Of a DNA stretch of 64,000 nt, positions 18,416 to 27,677 are shown in pieces. This stretch comes from an uncultured Candidatus Saccharibacteria bacterium (GTDB taxonomy: Bacteria > Patescibacteriota > Minisyncoccia > Phycocordibacterales > Phycocordibacteraceae), in the NCBI GenBank assembly GCA_964569655.1, contig CAZMTN010000001.1:139395-203394 (forward strand), in the 5' to 3' direction. The position numbers and the translations under genes are program-made. How positions within the stretch are numbered: the stretch's first letter is position 1; the number at the start of each line of letters is the position of its first letter. The notes beneath the pieces are model-generated. The model saw nothing but the letters and a program-made list of their open reading frames with translations, searched no databases and had not been told where the DNA came from.

Positions 18416-19684
18416 ATGCTCGATATCCACTTCATCCGGGAGAATCCGGACCTGATAAAGGATGGCGCCCGTAAGAAGCACCTTGCGGTCGACGTCGATG
18501 CGCTCGTGAAGCTCGACGAGGAACGCATCACGCTCCGCCAGGAGCTCGATGAGAAGCGCGCCGAGCAGAATCGCGCGAGCGCCCGCATCTCGCTTGCGAA
18601 GGACGAAGAGCGCGCCAAGCTCATCGAGTCCATGCAGCATCTTAAGCAAGGCATGACCGATACTGAAGAAACCTACAAGAAAGTAGTAGAAGACTGGCAG
18701 AAGCTCATGCTCGAGGTGCCGAATCTCCCTGACATCTCCGTGCCTGAGGGGGCTAGCGACGCGGAGAACCAGGAGATCAGGAAGTGGGGAGATATCCCCG
18801 CCTTCGATTTCGATCCGAAGGACCATGTCGAGCTCATGACCAATAACGGCATGGCCGACTTCGATCGCGGCACGAAGGTTGCTGGCTTCCGCGGCTACTT
18901 CCTCAAAGGGGATGGCGTGCTGCTTGCGAACGCGGTGTCCCAGCTCGCGCTCGCGCACTTCGTGCCGAAGGGGTTCGAGCCGCTCATCGCGCCGTCTCTT
19001 GTCCGTCGCGAGCCGTTCATGGGCACCGGCTACCTGCCGCAAAGCGAGGAGGATCTCTATAAGACGCAGGACAGCGAGTACCTCGCGGGCACGGGAGAAG
19101 TCTCCACCATGGGCTACTACATGGACGAGACCATCGACGTGGCGAAGTTCCCGATAAAGTTCCTCGCGTATTCTCCTTGCTTCCGCCGCGAGGCGGGGAG
19201 TCACAGCAAGGACATCAAAGGCCTCATTCGCGTGCACGAGTTCTTCAAGTGGGAGCAGGTGGTGCTCTGCGAAGCCTCGCACGAGGAAAGCGTGCGCCTC
19301 CATGAGGAGCTCACCGCGAATGCGGAGGAGTTCCTCCAGAAGCTCGGCCTCGCGTACCACGTGGTCGTGAACTGCGGCGGAGACTTGGGTCTCGGGCAGG
19401 TGAAGAAGTACGACATCGAGGCGTGGATGCCGGCGCAGAAGCTCTACCGCGAGACGCATTCCTCCTCCTATTTCCATGACTTCCAGACGAGGCGCCTCAA
19501 CATCCGCTACCGCGACGCGGAAGGCAAGCTCCGCTTCGCGCACTCCCTCAACAATACCGCTGCCGCCCTGCCGCGCCTCCTCGCGGTCATCGTAGAGAAC
19601 TATCAGCAAGCGGACGGGACCGTCCGCGTTCCAGAGGCGCTCATACCGTATGTCGGCAAACAGATCCTGGGACATACGTCCTAA
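18416..19684 (+). CDS. serS: Seryl-tRNA synthetase
   Basis: Class II aaRS motifs (FRRE, GLIRVHEF, GLGQ...), N-terminal coiled-coil arm. Start MLDIHFIREN preferred over the ORF-track MGLYM at 18404. Confidence 0.9.
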   Translation: MLDIHFIRENPDLIKDGARKKHLAVDVDALVKLDEERITLRQELDEKRAEQNRASARISLAKDEERAKLIESMQHLKQGMTDTEETYKKVVEDWQKLMLEVPNLPDISVPEGASDAENQEIRKWGDIPAFDFDPKDHVELMTNNGMADFDRGTKVAGFRGYFLKGDGVLLANAVSQLALAHFVPKGFEPLIAPSLVRREPFMGTGYLPQSEEDLYKTQDSEYLAGTGEVSTMGYYMDETIDVAKFPIKFLAYSPCFRREAGSHSKDIKGLIRVHEFFKWEQVVLCEASHEESVRLHEELTANAEEFLQKLGLAYHVVVNCGGDLGLGQVKKYDIEAWMPAQKLYRETHSSSYFHDFQTRRLNIRYRDAEGKLRFAHSLNNTAAALPRLLAVIVENYQQADGTVRVPEALIPYVGKQILGHTS

Positions 19685-20579
19685 TACGAAGAAGCAGGTG
19701 CGGCTGCATGCAGACCCGGCGCTCGTGCGCGGGGGGAAGAAGACCGTGCCTTCAGTGCCGCTTAAGACGCGCCGCCGGAAGTACCGCCGCTTCGTGCTCG
19801 CGATCATGCTGGTGCTCCTCGCCATGCTCCTCTGTGCCGGGGGGTGGGCCATGTGGCAGCCGGCGCTGCGGGTGCAGAGCGTCTCCGCGGGCGGCATACA
19901 CGCGGAGGAGATGAAGACGCTCGCGGCAGAGGCGCTTTCCGGTACGTACTATTTCATTATTCCGAAGGATTCCATCCTATTTCTCCCGAAGGAGGAGATC
20001 CGCGAGAGAATCCTCGACGCGCATCCGGATGTGAGCGCGGTTTCGGTGAAGCGCTCCGGATTTGATTCGATCACTGTTTCTTCGGTAGCCCGCACGCCGG
20101 CATTCGTCTGGTGCGGCGTCTCCATCGAGAGCGAGGCATCGGGCACCGGACTCTGCTATGAGGCGGATGCTCTTGGGTTGCTCTTCGCGCCGGTGCATCC
20201 AACCGAGCCTGCGATCGCCTCCAGTACGCCTTCAGTATCTGGGCGGCTCAGCGTCTACGCGCCGCTCACTGAGGCGACGCCGCTCCGAGCTCATGTAGCG
20301 AATGCAGCGATCATCCCGGATGTGCTGCGCCTCCAGCGAGGACTTGCGTCCCTGGGGGCAAGCATAGAGAAGATCCAGATCCGGGGAGACGAAGCGGATT
20401 TCTATACGGTAGGCGGGACGCGGATCACGTACGTGATCGGAGACGAGATTAACGCCGGCGCGCTTGCGGCTTCGGCATTTCCATCCTTGAATCTCAATGA
20501 TGGCTCAATCCAGTACGTGGATCTGCGCTTCAGCGGGAAGGTGTACTTGAAGCGGGAGGGAGAGGCAGAAACCGAGTAG
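19650..20579 (+). CDS. Cell division protein FtsQ/DivIB-like (N-terminal TM helix plus POTRA-like domain)
   Basis: Basic N-terminus, TM FVLAIMLVLLAMLLCAGGWAM, then POTRA-like VQSVSAGGIHAEEMKTL...FIIPKDSILFL. Start uncertain: the ATG at 19650 overlaps serS by 35 nt, and the in-frame GTG at 19698 follows a TAATAC -10. Confidence 0.5.
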   Translation: MSANRSWDIRPNTKKQVRLHADPALVRGGKKTVPSVPLKTRRRKYRRFVLAIMLVLLAMLLCAGGWAMWQPALRVQSVSAGGIHAEEMKTLAAEALSGTYYFIIPKDSILFLPKEEIRERILDAHPDVSAVSVKRSGFDSITVSSVARTPAFVWCGVSIESEASGTGLCYEADALGLLFAPVHPTEPAIASSTPSVSGRLSVYAPLTEATPLRAHVANAAIIPDVLRLQRGLASLGASIEKIQIRGDEADFYTVGGTRITYVIGDEINAGALAASAFPSLNLNDGSIQYVDLRFSGKVYLKREGEAETE

Positions 20580-20582
20580 TGC

Positions 20583-20591
20583 GGGTATGAT
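20583..20591 (+). promoter_or_regulatory. TATGAT -10-like element 7 nt upstream of the dus ATG (leaderless pattern)
   Basis: Read directly from the sequence. Confidence 0.3.
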
Positions 20592-20598
20592 GGGCTGA

Positions 20599-21567
20599 AT
20601 GGAAACGTTCTGGAGCCAGCTCAAGAAGCCCTTTTTCGTGATCGCGCCTATGGCGGACGTTACCGACCCTGCCTATCGTTCCCTCATCGCAGAGAAGGGC
20701 GCGCCAGACGTCATGTGGACCGAATTCGTATCCGCGGACGGCATCTACCACACCCGCGAGACGAAGAAGATGCCGGATGCGGAGAATCCGCTGCTCCGGG
20801 ACCTCCAGTTCTCTCCGGGAGAGCACCCGATTGTCGCGCAGCTCTTCACGAGCAACCCCGAGACCATGGCGTATGCGGCAAAGCTCTGCGCCGGGATGGG
20901 CTTCGACGGCATAGACATCAACATGGGATGCCCGGACCGTTCTATCGAGAAGCAGGGAGCGGGCGCGGGGATGATCAAGTCTCCGGAGAAGGCGATTGCC
21001 GTCACCGAAGCGGCGAAGACCGCAGGGCTCCCGGTCTCGGTGAAGACGCGTATCGGATACAACAAGGAATCCATCGACGAGTGGATCCCGCAGGTGCTCT
21101 CGACGAAGCCGGCCGCGCTCACCGTGCACCTGCGGACCCGCAAGGAGATGTCCTTGGTGCCCGCGCACTGGGATCTCCTTCCGCGCGTAGTAAAGCTGCG
21201 CGACGAGCTCTCTCCCGGAACGCTCATTCTCGGGAACGGCGACGTGAAGGATCTCGATGACGCCCGCGCGAAAGCGGAAGCAGCCGGAGCGGACGGCATC
21301 ATGCTCGGGCGCGCGATCTTCGGAAACCCTTGGCTCTTCACCGGCAAGAAGCCGGAAGACATCCCGATGCAGGAACGGCTCGAGGCGCTGGTGGAGCTCG
21401 CGCGGCGGTTCGAGAGCCTGAAGCCCGGGAAGTCCTTCCATATCCTCAAGAAGCATGTGAAGGCCTTCGTTTCCGGATTCGATGGCGCCGCAGAACTGCG
21501 CGCGCAGCTCATGGAGGCGGAGTCTGCAGAGGTCATGGCGGGCGCTATCAGCGGGCATCCGCTATAA
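20599..21567 (+). CDS. tRNA-dihydrouridine synthase (Dus family, TIM barrel)
   Basis: VIAPMADVTD, DINMGCP, catalytic Cys/Lys region and C-terminal helical domain; 322 aa. Confidence 0.85.
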   Translation: METFWSQLKKPFFVIAPMADVTDPAYRSLIAEKGAPDVMWTEFVSADGIYHTRETKKMPDAENPLLRDLQFSPGEHPIVAQLFTSNPETMAYAAKLCAGMGFDGIDINMGCPDRSIEKQGAGAGMIKSPEKAIAVTEAAKTAGLPVSVKTRIGYNKESIDEWIPQVLSTKPAALTVHLRTRKEMSLVPAHWDLLPRVVKLRDELSPGTLILGNGDVKDLDDARAKAEAAGADGIMLGRAIFGNPWLFTGKKPEDIPMQERLEALVELARRFESLKPGKSFHILKKHVKAFVSGFDGAAELRAQLMEAESAEVMAGAISGHPL

Positions 21568-21576
21568 TCGGCATAT

Positions 21577-22608
21577 ATGGCGCACCAGTCTTTCTACCGC
21601 ACGCACCGCCCCCACTCGTTCAAGGAGGTCTCCGGCCAGCCCCAGGTCACTGAAGCGCTTTCGGAGCAGGTGAAGAACAAGAAGGTGGGGCATGCCTACC
21701 TTTTCGCCGGCTCCCGCGGCCTCGGGAAGACGTCGGTCGCGCGCATCTTCGCCGCGGATCTTGGCACGACCGAGCGCGACCTCTACGAGATCGATGCCGC
21801 GAGCAATAACAGCGTAGACGACATCCGCAGCCTTTCAGAGAACGTCTATACGCTCCCGTTCGAGTCCCCGTATAAGGTCTATATTCTCGACGAGGCGCAC
21901 ATGCTCTCGAAGAGCGCTTGGAACGCCTTCCTGAAGACGCTTGAGGAGCCGCCAGCGCACGCAATCTTCATCCTCGCCACGACCGAGCTCTCGAAGGTCC
22001 CGGAGACGGTCCAGTCCCGCTGCCAGGTATTCGTGTTCAAGAAGCCTGGGCGTTCGGAGCTCGCTAAGGTGGTTGCTGGCGTGGGGAAGAAGGAGGGGTA
22101 TGCGGTAGAACCCGCTGCGGCCGATCTCATCGCCCTCCTTGCAGAGGGCTCATACCGTGATGCGCTTTCCGTGCTCGAGCGCGTCTGTGCGGCATCTTCG
22201 GATAACAAGATTACGCGCGAGGAAGCGGAGAAGGCTACCGGAGCGCCCAAGCATGAGCTGGTCTCGAAGCTTGCTGCAGCGCTCTCGGAAGGGAATGCGG
22301 AGGCTGCACTCGTCGTTATCCGGAGGGCGGCTGATTCGAGCGTCGATATGCCGCTCTTTCTCTCGCTCATCCTCGACCATATCCGAGCGGTGTTGCTTGT
22401 TCGCCATGCGCCTGAACTCAGGGCGGAATTCAAGGAGGAGCTCGGCGAGATGTATGCGGATGTAGAGAAAGTGGCGGGAGACAAGGCGTCGAAGCTGAAC
22501 CATCGCATACTCCAATCCTTCCTCGAAGCTTCCGCGCGCATGCGCTACGCATCGGTCCCGTCCCTCCCGCTCGAGCTTGCCGTACTCTCGCTTTTCGGAC
22601 AGGATTAA
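21577..22608 (+). CDS. dnaX: DNA polymerase III gamma/tau subunit, short form (343 aa)
   Basis: Walker A GSRGLGKTS, DEAH-like YILDEAHML, sensor/SRC region TVQSRCQVFVF; lacks the long tau C-terminus. TATAAT lies 8 nt upstream of the ATG. Confidence 0.85.
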   Translation: MAHQSFYRTHRPHSFKEVSGQPQVTEALSEQVKNKKVGHAYLFAGSRGLGKTSVARIFAADLGTTERDLYEIDAASNNSVDDIRSLSENVYTLPFESPYKVYILDEAHMLSKSAWNAFLKTLEEPPAHAIFILATTELSKVPETVQSRCQVFVFKKPGRSELAKVVAGVGKKEGYAVEPAAADLIALLAEGSYRDALSVLERVCAASSDNKITREEAEKATGAPKHELVSKLAAALSEGNAEAALVVIRRAADSSVDMPLFLSLILDHIRAVLLVRHAPELRAEFKEELGEMYADVEKVAGDKASKLNHRILQSFLEASARMRYASVPSLPLELAVLSLFGQD

Positions 22609-22621
22609 CCCGTGCGCCCCT

Positions 22622-22695
22622 TGGGGGGTCGTCTAATGGTAGGACAGCGGCCTTTGAAGCCGTGAATCTTGGTTCGATCCCAAGCCCCCCAGCCA
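22622..22695 (+). tRNA. tRNA-Gln (anticodon TTG), U1-A72 acceptor pair, CCA encoded
   Basis: TGGGGGGTCGTCTAATGGTAGGACAGCGGCCTTTGAAGCCGTGAATCTTGGTTCGATCCCAAGCCCCCCAGCCA: anticodon loop CTTTGAA, T-arm CTTGG-TTCGATC-CCAAG, discriminator G; resembles the E. coli tRNA-Gln architecture. Confidence 0.85.
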
Positions 22696-22711
22696 GTGTT
22701 ATTGTTTCTAT

Positions 22712-23485
22712 ATGGAAATTGAGAGGCATAAAAAACAGTTTGGCAATCAGGCTGCAAACTATACAAAATATAGACGACCGTATACTCAAAAGCTTTATGA
22801 GCTGCTGTTTTCATTTTCTCCAACTGCAAAAAAGAAAATACTCGACATTGCCTGCGGCACAGGGAAATCTACTGAGCCGCTCTTTCTGGAGGGTGCAGAG
22901 GTTATAGGAATCGATCATGATCCATTAATGATTGAAGAGGCGCAGAAACAAGCATCTCTTAAATCTCTGCCAATTACATACCTTGTGGCTGACGTCGAGC
23001 ATCTTCCATTCGAAGATAAAAGTTTTGATATTGCTACTGTTGGCACTGCCTTTCATTGGTTCGTTAACGAGCCGTCTATAACTGAAATAAAGAGAGTGTT
23101 GAAAGGGAATGGTCTACTATTCGTGTTCTGGACTCTGACTACCAAAGATGTACCGGAAGAGGATTCCATCCCTGGAGATTTCCTACGATCCTTCAATTGG
23201 GACAAGGTACCTTCTGAACTTCGCAATCTCGAACACATCTCGTCTTTCCTAATAGATAATGGTTTTAAGAATGTATCTACAGCAAGGATTCCGTTTACTC
23301 ATAACGATACAGTTGAGGATCAGGTTGGGCTCATGAAAACTGCATCGTGCTACGAACTGCTCACGAAGGAAGATCAAGATCGCTTTGATAGGGAATTGTC
23401 TGTGATTCTGACCACTAAACTAGGAGATCGGCCTTACTTTACCTATGAGGAGGAAATCCAGGTCTGCTATGGGTTTAAGGGATAG
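22712..23485 (+). CDS. Class I SAM-dependent methyltransferase
   Basis: Motif I ILDIACGTGKST, later acidic motifs (IGIDHD, VADVEHLPFEDKSFD); AT-rich codon usage; TGtTATTGT -10 lies 6 nt before the ATG. Confidence 0.75.
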   Translation: MEIERHKKQFGNQAANYTKYRRPYTQKLYELLFSFSPTAKKKILDIACGTGKSTEPLFLEGAEVIGIDHDPLMIEEAQKQASLKSLPITYLVADVEHLPFEDKSFDIATVGTAFHWFVNEPSITEIKRVLKGNGLLFVFWTLTTKDVPEEDSIPGDFLRSFNWDKVPSELRNLEHISSFLIDNGFKNVSTARIPFTHNDTVEDQVGLMKTASCYELLTKEDQDRFDRELSVILTTKLGDRPYFTYEEEIQVCYGFKG

Positions 23486-23632
23486 AAAAGTTCTAACGTC
23501 GTTCAATACCCGCAGCCCGATAATGTAGAATGCGCTTATGCAACTCGAGTACGTATACGATCGAGAAAAAGATATTGAATGCCTTCTAACAAAAGGTAAG
23601 AGTTCCCCCACGGTTCATTTGTGAGGGCGGTG

Positions 23633-23941
23633 TTAGCTTCCAGCTTGCATGCCAGCAAGGAACGCAGAGGTGAGCAGGCGCTCCAACTCGGTACGGCTGG
23701 CCGGCGTCATTGAGTTGGAAAAGTCCATCATAGCAACAAGCATGGCCAACTCCTTATTGCCGCGATCGCTTTTGGCATTGTCACGACTGAAGCGACTCAG
23801 CTTCTTTGGCTCATGCGAGAAAATTTGGACGACTTTCTGCCCATCCAATTTGTCGCCGACTTTCACATCATCACCCACCCTTCGAATGCGAGGCGGGGAA
23901 CTGATTTTTCCACTTTTCGTTACTGCGAAATTGAGCTTCAT
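23633..23941 (-). CDS. Hypothetical protein (102 aa) in the AT-rich islet
   Basis: ORF of ordinary composition; the opposite-strand ORF 23649..23960 is the alternative; the strand call is weak. Confidence 0.2.
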   Translation of the reverse strand: MKLNFAVTKSGKISSPPRIRRVGDDVKVGDKLDGQKVVQIFSHEPKKLSRFSRDNAKSDRGNKELAMLVAMMDFSNSMTPASRTELERLLTSAFLAGMQAGS

Positions 23942-24189
23942 CTTCTTCCACTCGCTATAATTTCTGAAAATAGAATACTATATAAATATATCTATGTCAA
24001 TATCAAAGTTCCAACTTCGTCCCAGATGCCCAGCAAATTGACAATAATGCCTATATTAGGTATTGTTTTTTCGGAAGATTCTTAACTTCTTAATTCGCCG
24101 TAGCAAAAACATGCTCATGTTTGGGCGCATTTTTGCTACGGCGAAACGCATATCGCGCAAGCTTTGTTAGCACAGAGGAGAAAACTGCA

Positions 24190-25002
24190 ATGTCGAGCGA
24201 CAAGCAGAAGACCTTTGACGGCCAGACCGCCCAGTTTTTGGGAATCGTCGGGCAAAACATGCCACGTCTTACCAGTGAGGTAATGCAGAGATGGGTTGAA
24301 AATCCTAAAGCGCTTCAAAAGGTGCTCAGTTGGGGTCTTCAATCGGACCCCAAGGCTGCAACATCAATGGTGCAATACGAGATTGGCAACTGCATCGAGC
24401 GCAGCACGACGAAAGTCAGCGATCCGGATGGTGGGAATGTGCTCTACGACATCAACACCGAAAGTCTACCGCTGCCATACAAGCAGGCAATCTATCTGGG
24501 ACAAGGCGTTAACCCATTCAAGGCCATGCGTGTCGAAGACCTTGATTTCCGGCTTGGCGTTGAATATGCGCCAGGCAAAGTGAATCGCGCACGATGCTTG
24601 GCCCTTCGTCCGTATCTCGTGATCGAGGCGATGGATGGTGTCGGCGAAGGTTGTCACATACCGATCCGTTCTATTGACTACTGGGCCGACCACGCCAAGG
24701 CACCAATCGTACCGAAGAGCGGTGGTGCGCTGACCATATTGGAAGCGGACAAAATCAACATGTCCGAACACTTGTGGGACCTTGAGATCGGGTATGTAAA
24801 TGGGGCATTGGAATATATCTCCGATCGCTTTACTTTTGGCTTGTCGATTGAGGACCAGCAATACGGATGGTTGGTTCATCTTCATTGGCTCACAGATGGC
24901 GGCGCGGCCCTTAATACTTTCCGTTTCCAGTTGCGGAAAGAGTTCCTAGTCAACGAATACAGGGAGGCGAAATTGGAGCCTCCAACTGAATTGCTGAAGT
25001 AG
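24190..25002 (+). CDS. Hypothetical protein (270 aa)
   Basis: Start taken at MSSDKQKTF, which has a GGAGAAAA Shine-Dalgarno; the ORF-track start at 24121 lacks one. A terminator follows. Confidence 0.5.
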   Translation: MSSDKQKTFDGQTAQFLGIVGQNMPRLTSEVMQRWVENPKALQKVLSWGLQSDPKAATSMVQYEIGNCIERSTTKVSDPDGGNVLYDINTESLPLPYKQAIYLGQGVNPFKAMRVEDLDFRLGVEYAPGKVNRARCLALRPYLVIEAMDGVGEGCHIPIRSIDYWADHAKAPIVPKSGGALTILEADKINMSEHLWDLEIGYVNGALEYISDRFTFGLSIEDQQYGWLVHLHWLTDGGAALNTFRFQLRKEFLVNEYREAKLEPPTELLK

Positions 25003-25009
25003 ACAATCT

Positions 25010-25046
25010 GGGCGGTCACCTTAACGGGTGGCCGCCTATTTTTTTG
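25010..25046 (+). terminator. Rho-independent terminator (GGCGGTCACC ... GGTGGCCGCC, then TATTTTTTT)
   Basis: 10-bp stem with one mismatch, then a 7-T run. Confidence 0.5.
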
Positions 25047-25095
25047 CTCGAAAAGGTTCCAACTTCATACCAGACACCCAGCCAGCAGGTATACT

Positions 25096-25431
25096 TTGCA
25101 TATGCTAGACAAGGCACGACAGATTACTTTGAACGCACTTCCTGTTGCGCTCATGATTGGTCTGATACCGCTGGTCCTGAATGATTACTACCTGGCGGGG
25201 ATATACATCCTGATCGCAATCGCTGCCCTCGCCATTAGGCGGGAGCGGAATGATCTTGTCGCGTACCTGTTCGGACTCATCATCATTACCATCTCGGAGT
25301 ATTTCTTCATCAGCACGGGAGTCGAGACGTTTGCCCGCAACAGCCTCTTCGGCGTCATGCCGCTATGGCTCCCGTTCCTCTGGGCCTATGCTTTCGTAGT
25401 CATAAAGCGATCGCTCCGCATCCTCAGCTAG
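25096..25431 (+). CDS. Hypothetical integral membrane protein (3-4 TM helices)
   Basis: Hydrophobic segments LNALPVALMIGLIPLVL, AGIYILIAIAALAI, LVAYLFGLIIITI, LFGVMPLWLPFLWAYAFVVI. Confidence 0.45.
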   Translation: MHMLDKARQITLNALPVALMIGLIPLVLNDYYLAGIYILIAIAALAIRRERNDLVAYLFGLIIITISEYFFISTGVETFARNSLFGVMPLWLPFLWAYAFVVIKRSLRILS

Positions 25432-25468
25432 AGAGGTTCGAACCCCACGCGATGCTAAGCTACTTACT

Positions 25469-26044
25469 ATGAAATGGATACTGATCACCGCAGCCGCTGC
25501 TATCGCTGTCATCGCAGGCTTCTTCGCCTTGAATGCGTACATATACGAGGAGAAGCAGGCCACAGCAGTCAAGGATTATAAGGATGCAGAGTATCTGATC
25601 GAGGGGCAGCGCATACGCCTTTCGGACGGGATAAGCGAGAGCGAGCCGGTGCCAGGATCTGCCGCAAGGATCGTGACCCGCTATTTCGGCAATGAGCTCA
25701 CGGCCGATATCAACAGCGATGGAAGGGAGGACGTGGTGTTCCTCCTGACTCAGGAGCAGGGAGGCACGGGCGTTTTCTACTACGTAGTCGCGGCACTCAA
25801 TACAGAGCGAGGATATATCGGATCGGACGGGTACTTCCTTGGCGATCGCATAGCGCCCCAGTCTATCGACCTAAGCCAGAACCCGCGGCACGTAGACGTG
25901 ATCGTGGTGAATTACGCTGACCGCAACGCTGATGAACCGATGACCGCAGCCCCATCCGTAGGAAAGAGCGTATACCTGAAGATCGACCCCGCATTCATGC
26001 AGTGGGCGATAGTCGAGCCTGATTTCGAGGGAGAATCAAGGTAG
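25469..26044 (+). CDS. Hypothetical secreted/membrane-anchored protein
   Basis: N-terminal signal-anchor MKWILITAAAAIAVIAGFFAL; no recognised motifs. Confidence 0.45.
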   Translation: MKWILITAAAAIAVIAGFFALNAYIYEEKQATAVKDYKDAEYLIEGQRIRLSDGISESEPVPGSAARIVTRYFGNELTADINSDGREDVVFLLTQEQGGTGVFYYVVAALNTERGYIGSDGYFLGDRIAPQSIDLSQNPRHVDVIVVNYADRNADEPMTAAPSVGKSVYLKIDPAFMQWAIVEPDFEGESR

Positions 26045-26082
26045 TTCAGTAATTCTACATAGAGGTTTGCTATCATGGTTGC

Positions 26083-26232
26083 GTGAAGGGTTTGCCACAA
26101 GGATCAGGAATCGCTCTCGGGATCGCTCTCGGAGTCGCGCTAGGCGCGGCGATGGACAATATCGCTATTGGGATAGCGATCGGGGTCGCGATGGGAGTCG
26201 CTTTCGACGCTGGCCGCATCTCAAAAAGATAG
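26083..26232 (+). CDS. Possible small glycine-zipper membrane peptide (49 aa, GTG start)
   Basis: GIALGIALGVALGAAMDNIAIGIAIGVAMGVAF with repeated GxxxG/AxxxG; weak start context. Confidence 0.2.
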   Translation: MKGLPQGSGIALGIALGVALGAAMDNIAIGIAIGVAMGVAFDAGRISKR

Positions 26233-26288
26233 CGTCAGCGCTATACTGGGCGCTCTATAAGGGGCAAAGATTATGAAATGATTTCCCT

Positions 26289-26777
26289 ATGAACACCATA
26301 CCTAAAAACACCGTTTGTCTCTGGTACGACAAGGACGCAGAAGCCGCAGCCAATTTCTACGCAGCCACCTTCCCGGACAGCATGGTGGGCAATGTCTTCC
26401 ATGCGCCGAGCGATTTTCCGGATGGGAAGGCGGGGGACGTGCTCACGGTCGAATTCACTGTCTGCGGCGTCCCGTGCGTAGGCCTCAATGGAGGCACGGC
26501 CTTCAAGCAGAGCGAGGCCTTCTCCTTCCAGATCTCGACCGAGGACCAGGAGGAGACGGACCGGTACTGGAACGCCATCGTCGGGAACGGCGGACAGGAA
26601 AGCGCCTGCGGGTGGTGCAAGGATCGCTGGGGCGTATCCTGGCAGATCACGCCGCGGACGCTCATCGAGGCGCTCGCGGCCGGCGGGGATGAGGCGAAAC
26701 GCGCTTTCGAGGCGATGATGACCATGCAGAAGATCGATGTCGCGCAGATAGACGCGGCCAGGCACCCTGGGTCCTAA
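26289..26777 (+). CDS. VOC/glyoxalase-superfamily protein (PhnB / 3-demethylubiquinone-9 methyltransferase-like domain)
   Basis: Resembles the PhnB-like family (VCLWYDKDAEAAANFYAATFPDS...GWCKDRWGVSWQI). Confidence 0.65.
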   Translation: MNTIPKNTVCLWYDKDAEAAANFYAATFPDSMVGNVFHAPSDFPDGKAGDVLTVEFTVCGVPCVGLNGGTAFKQSEAFSFQISTEDQEETDRYWNAIVGNGGQESACGWCKDRWGVSWQITPRTLIEALAAGGDEAKRAFEAMMTMQKIDVAQIDAARHPGS

Positions 26778-26796
26778 CGAGTGCTATCATTGGGAC

Positions 26797-27276
26797 ATGG
26801 AAAAGGACCCCGCGATGACCCGAGAAGAAGCGCTCGCATTCCTCGTACACCATGAGTCTGGCGTCCTCTCGACCGTCTCGAAGGAGGGGAAGCCCCGCTC
26901 TCGGCAGGTCTACTACACCTGCGATAACGCCTTCAATATCTACTTCCTCACGCTCGCGAACACTCGAAAGGTAGCTGACCTCGCTGCGAACCCGAGCGCC
27001 GCATTCGTCGTCTCCGAGCTCGAGCTGCCGAGGACGCTCCAGATAGAAGGCAGCGCCGCGAATCTCACGGACACCGCAGCTCTCGATCCGCTGCTCTCGA
27101 GCTTCATCAAGACCCTCATGTCCCATGCGCAGTTCGGCATCCCGCTCGAACGACTGGATGCTGCGGCCGTCCAGTTCTACCGCCTCACGCCCGACTGGGT
27201 GCGCTGGGGCGATTTCACGTTCGGACGAGGGACGGATGACGTGCTGACTATCATTAACCCAACAGAGACCGTATGA
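26797..27276 (+). CDS. Pyridoxamine 5'-phosphate oxidase-like FMN-binding protein (general stress protein 26-like)
   Basis: Split-barrel pattern (GVLSTVSKEGKPRSRQVYY ... NPSAAFVV). Confidence 0.6.
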   Translation: MEKDPAMTREEALAFLVHHESGVLSTVSKEGKPRSRQVYYTCDNAFNIYFLTLANTRKVADLAANPSAAFVVSELELPRTLQIEGSAANLTDTAALDPLLSSFIKTLMSHAQFGIPLERLDAAAVQFYRLTPDWVRWGDFTFGRGTDDVLTIINPTETV

Positions 27277-27677
27277 AAGGCTACGTGACCAACATCGACG
27301 TGCTCGCCCTCGAGAACGAGGATTTCCGCAGGGTGCTCTACACCGCGGAGCGATCCCAGCTCGTGCTCATGGCTATACCCGTCGGGCAGGATATAGGCGA
27401 GGAGGTCCACGAGGACGTGGATCAGTTCATCCGCGTGGAGAAAGGGAAGGCGCAGAGCGTCCTCGACGGCGTGGAGCGAGACCTGTGCGACGGCTCTGTC
27501 GTCGTGATCCCTGCAGGCGTTCGGCACAACATCATCAACACGTCTCCGACCGAGCCGCTCAAGCTTTACACCTTGTACTCGCCTCCGCACCACGAGGACG
27601 GGGTAGTGCACAAGACGAAGACGGAGGCCCTCAAGGATGACGAGCACTTCGAAGGAGAGACCACTGATGACGTATAA
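27273..27677 (+). CDS. Cupin-domain protein
   Basis: Cupin motifs G(x)5HxH-like (QDIGEEVHEDVDQFIRVEKG) and GxxxxxPxGxxH (VVVIPAGVRHNIIN). Confidence 0.6.
   Translation: MKGYVTNIDVLALENEDFRRVLYTAERSQLVLMAIPVGQDIGEEVHEDVDQFIRVEKGKAQSVLDGVERDLCDGSVVVIPAGVRHNIINTSPTEPLKLYTLYSPPHHEDGVVHKTKTEALKDDEHFEGETTDDV

Larger units (their letters stand above)
22696..24120. other. Low-GC islet directly 3' of tRNA-Gln (probable horizontally acquired remnant)
   Basis: Marked drop in GC relative to the flanking ~60% GC genes; carries a methyltransferase and an AT-rich ~640-bp stretch; no integrase present. Confidence 0.3.

Noticed and set aside
20530-21558. 342-aa minus-strand ORF
   Set aside because: Antisense to dus.
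23649-23960. 103-aa + strand ORF in the AT-rich islet
   Set aside because: It overlaps the minus-strand ORF 23633..23941 almost exactly, and neither has convincing signals; only one was kept, and at low confidence.
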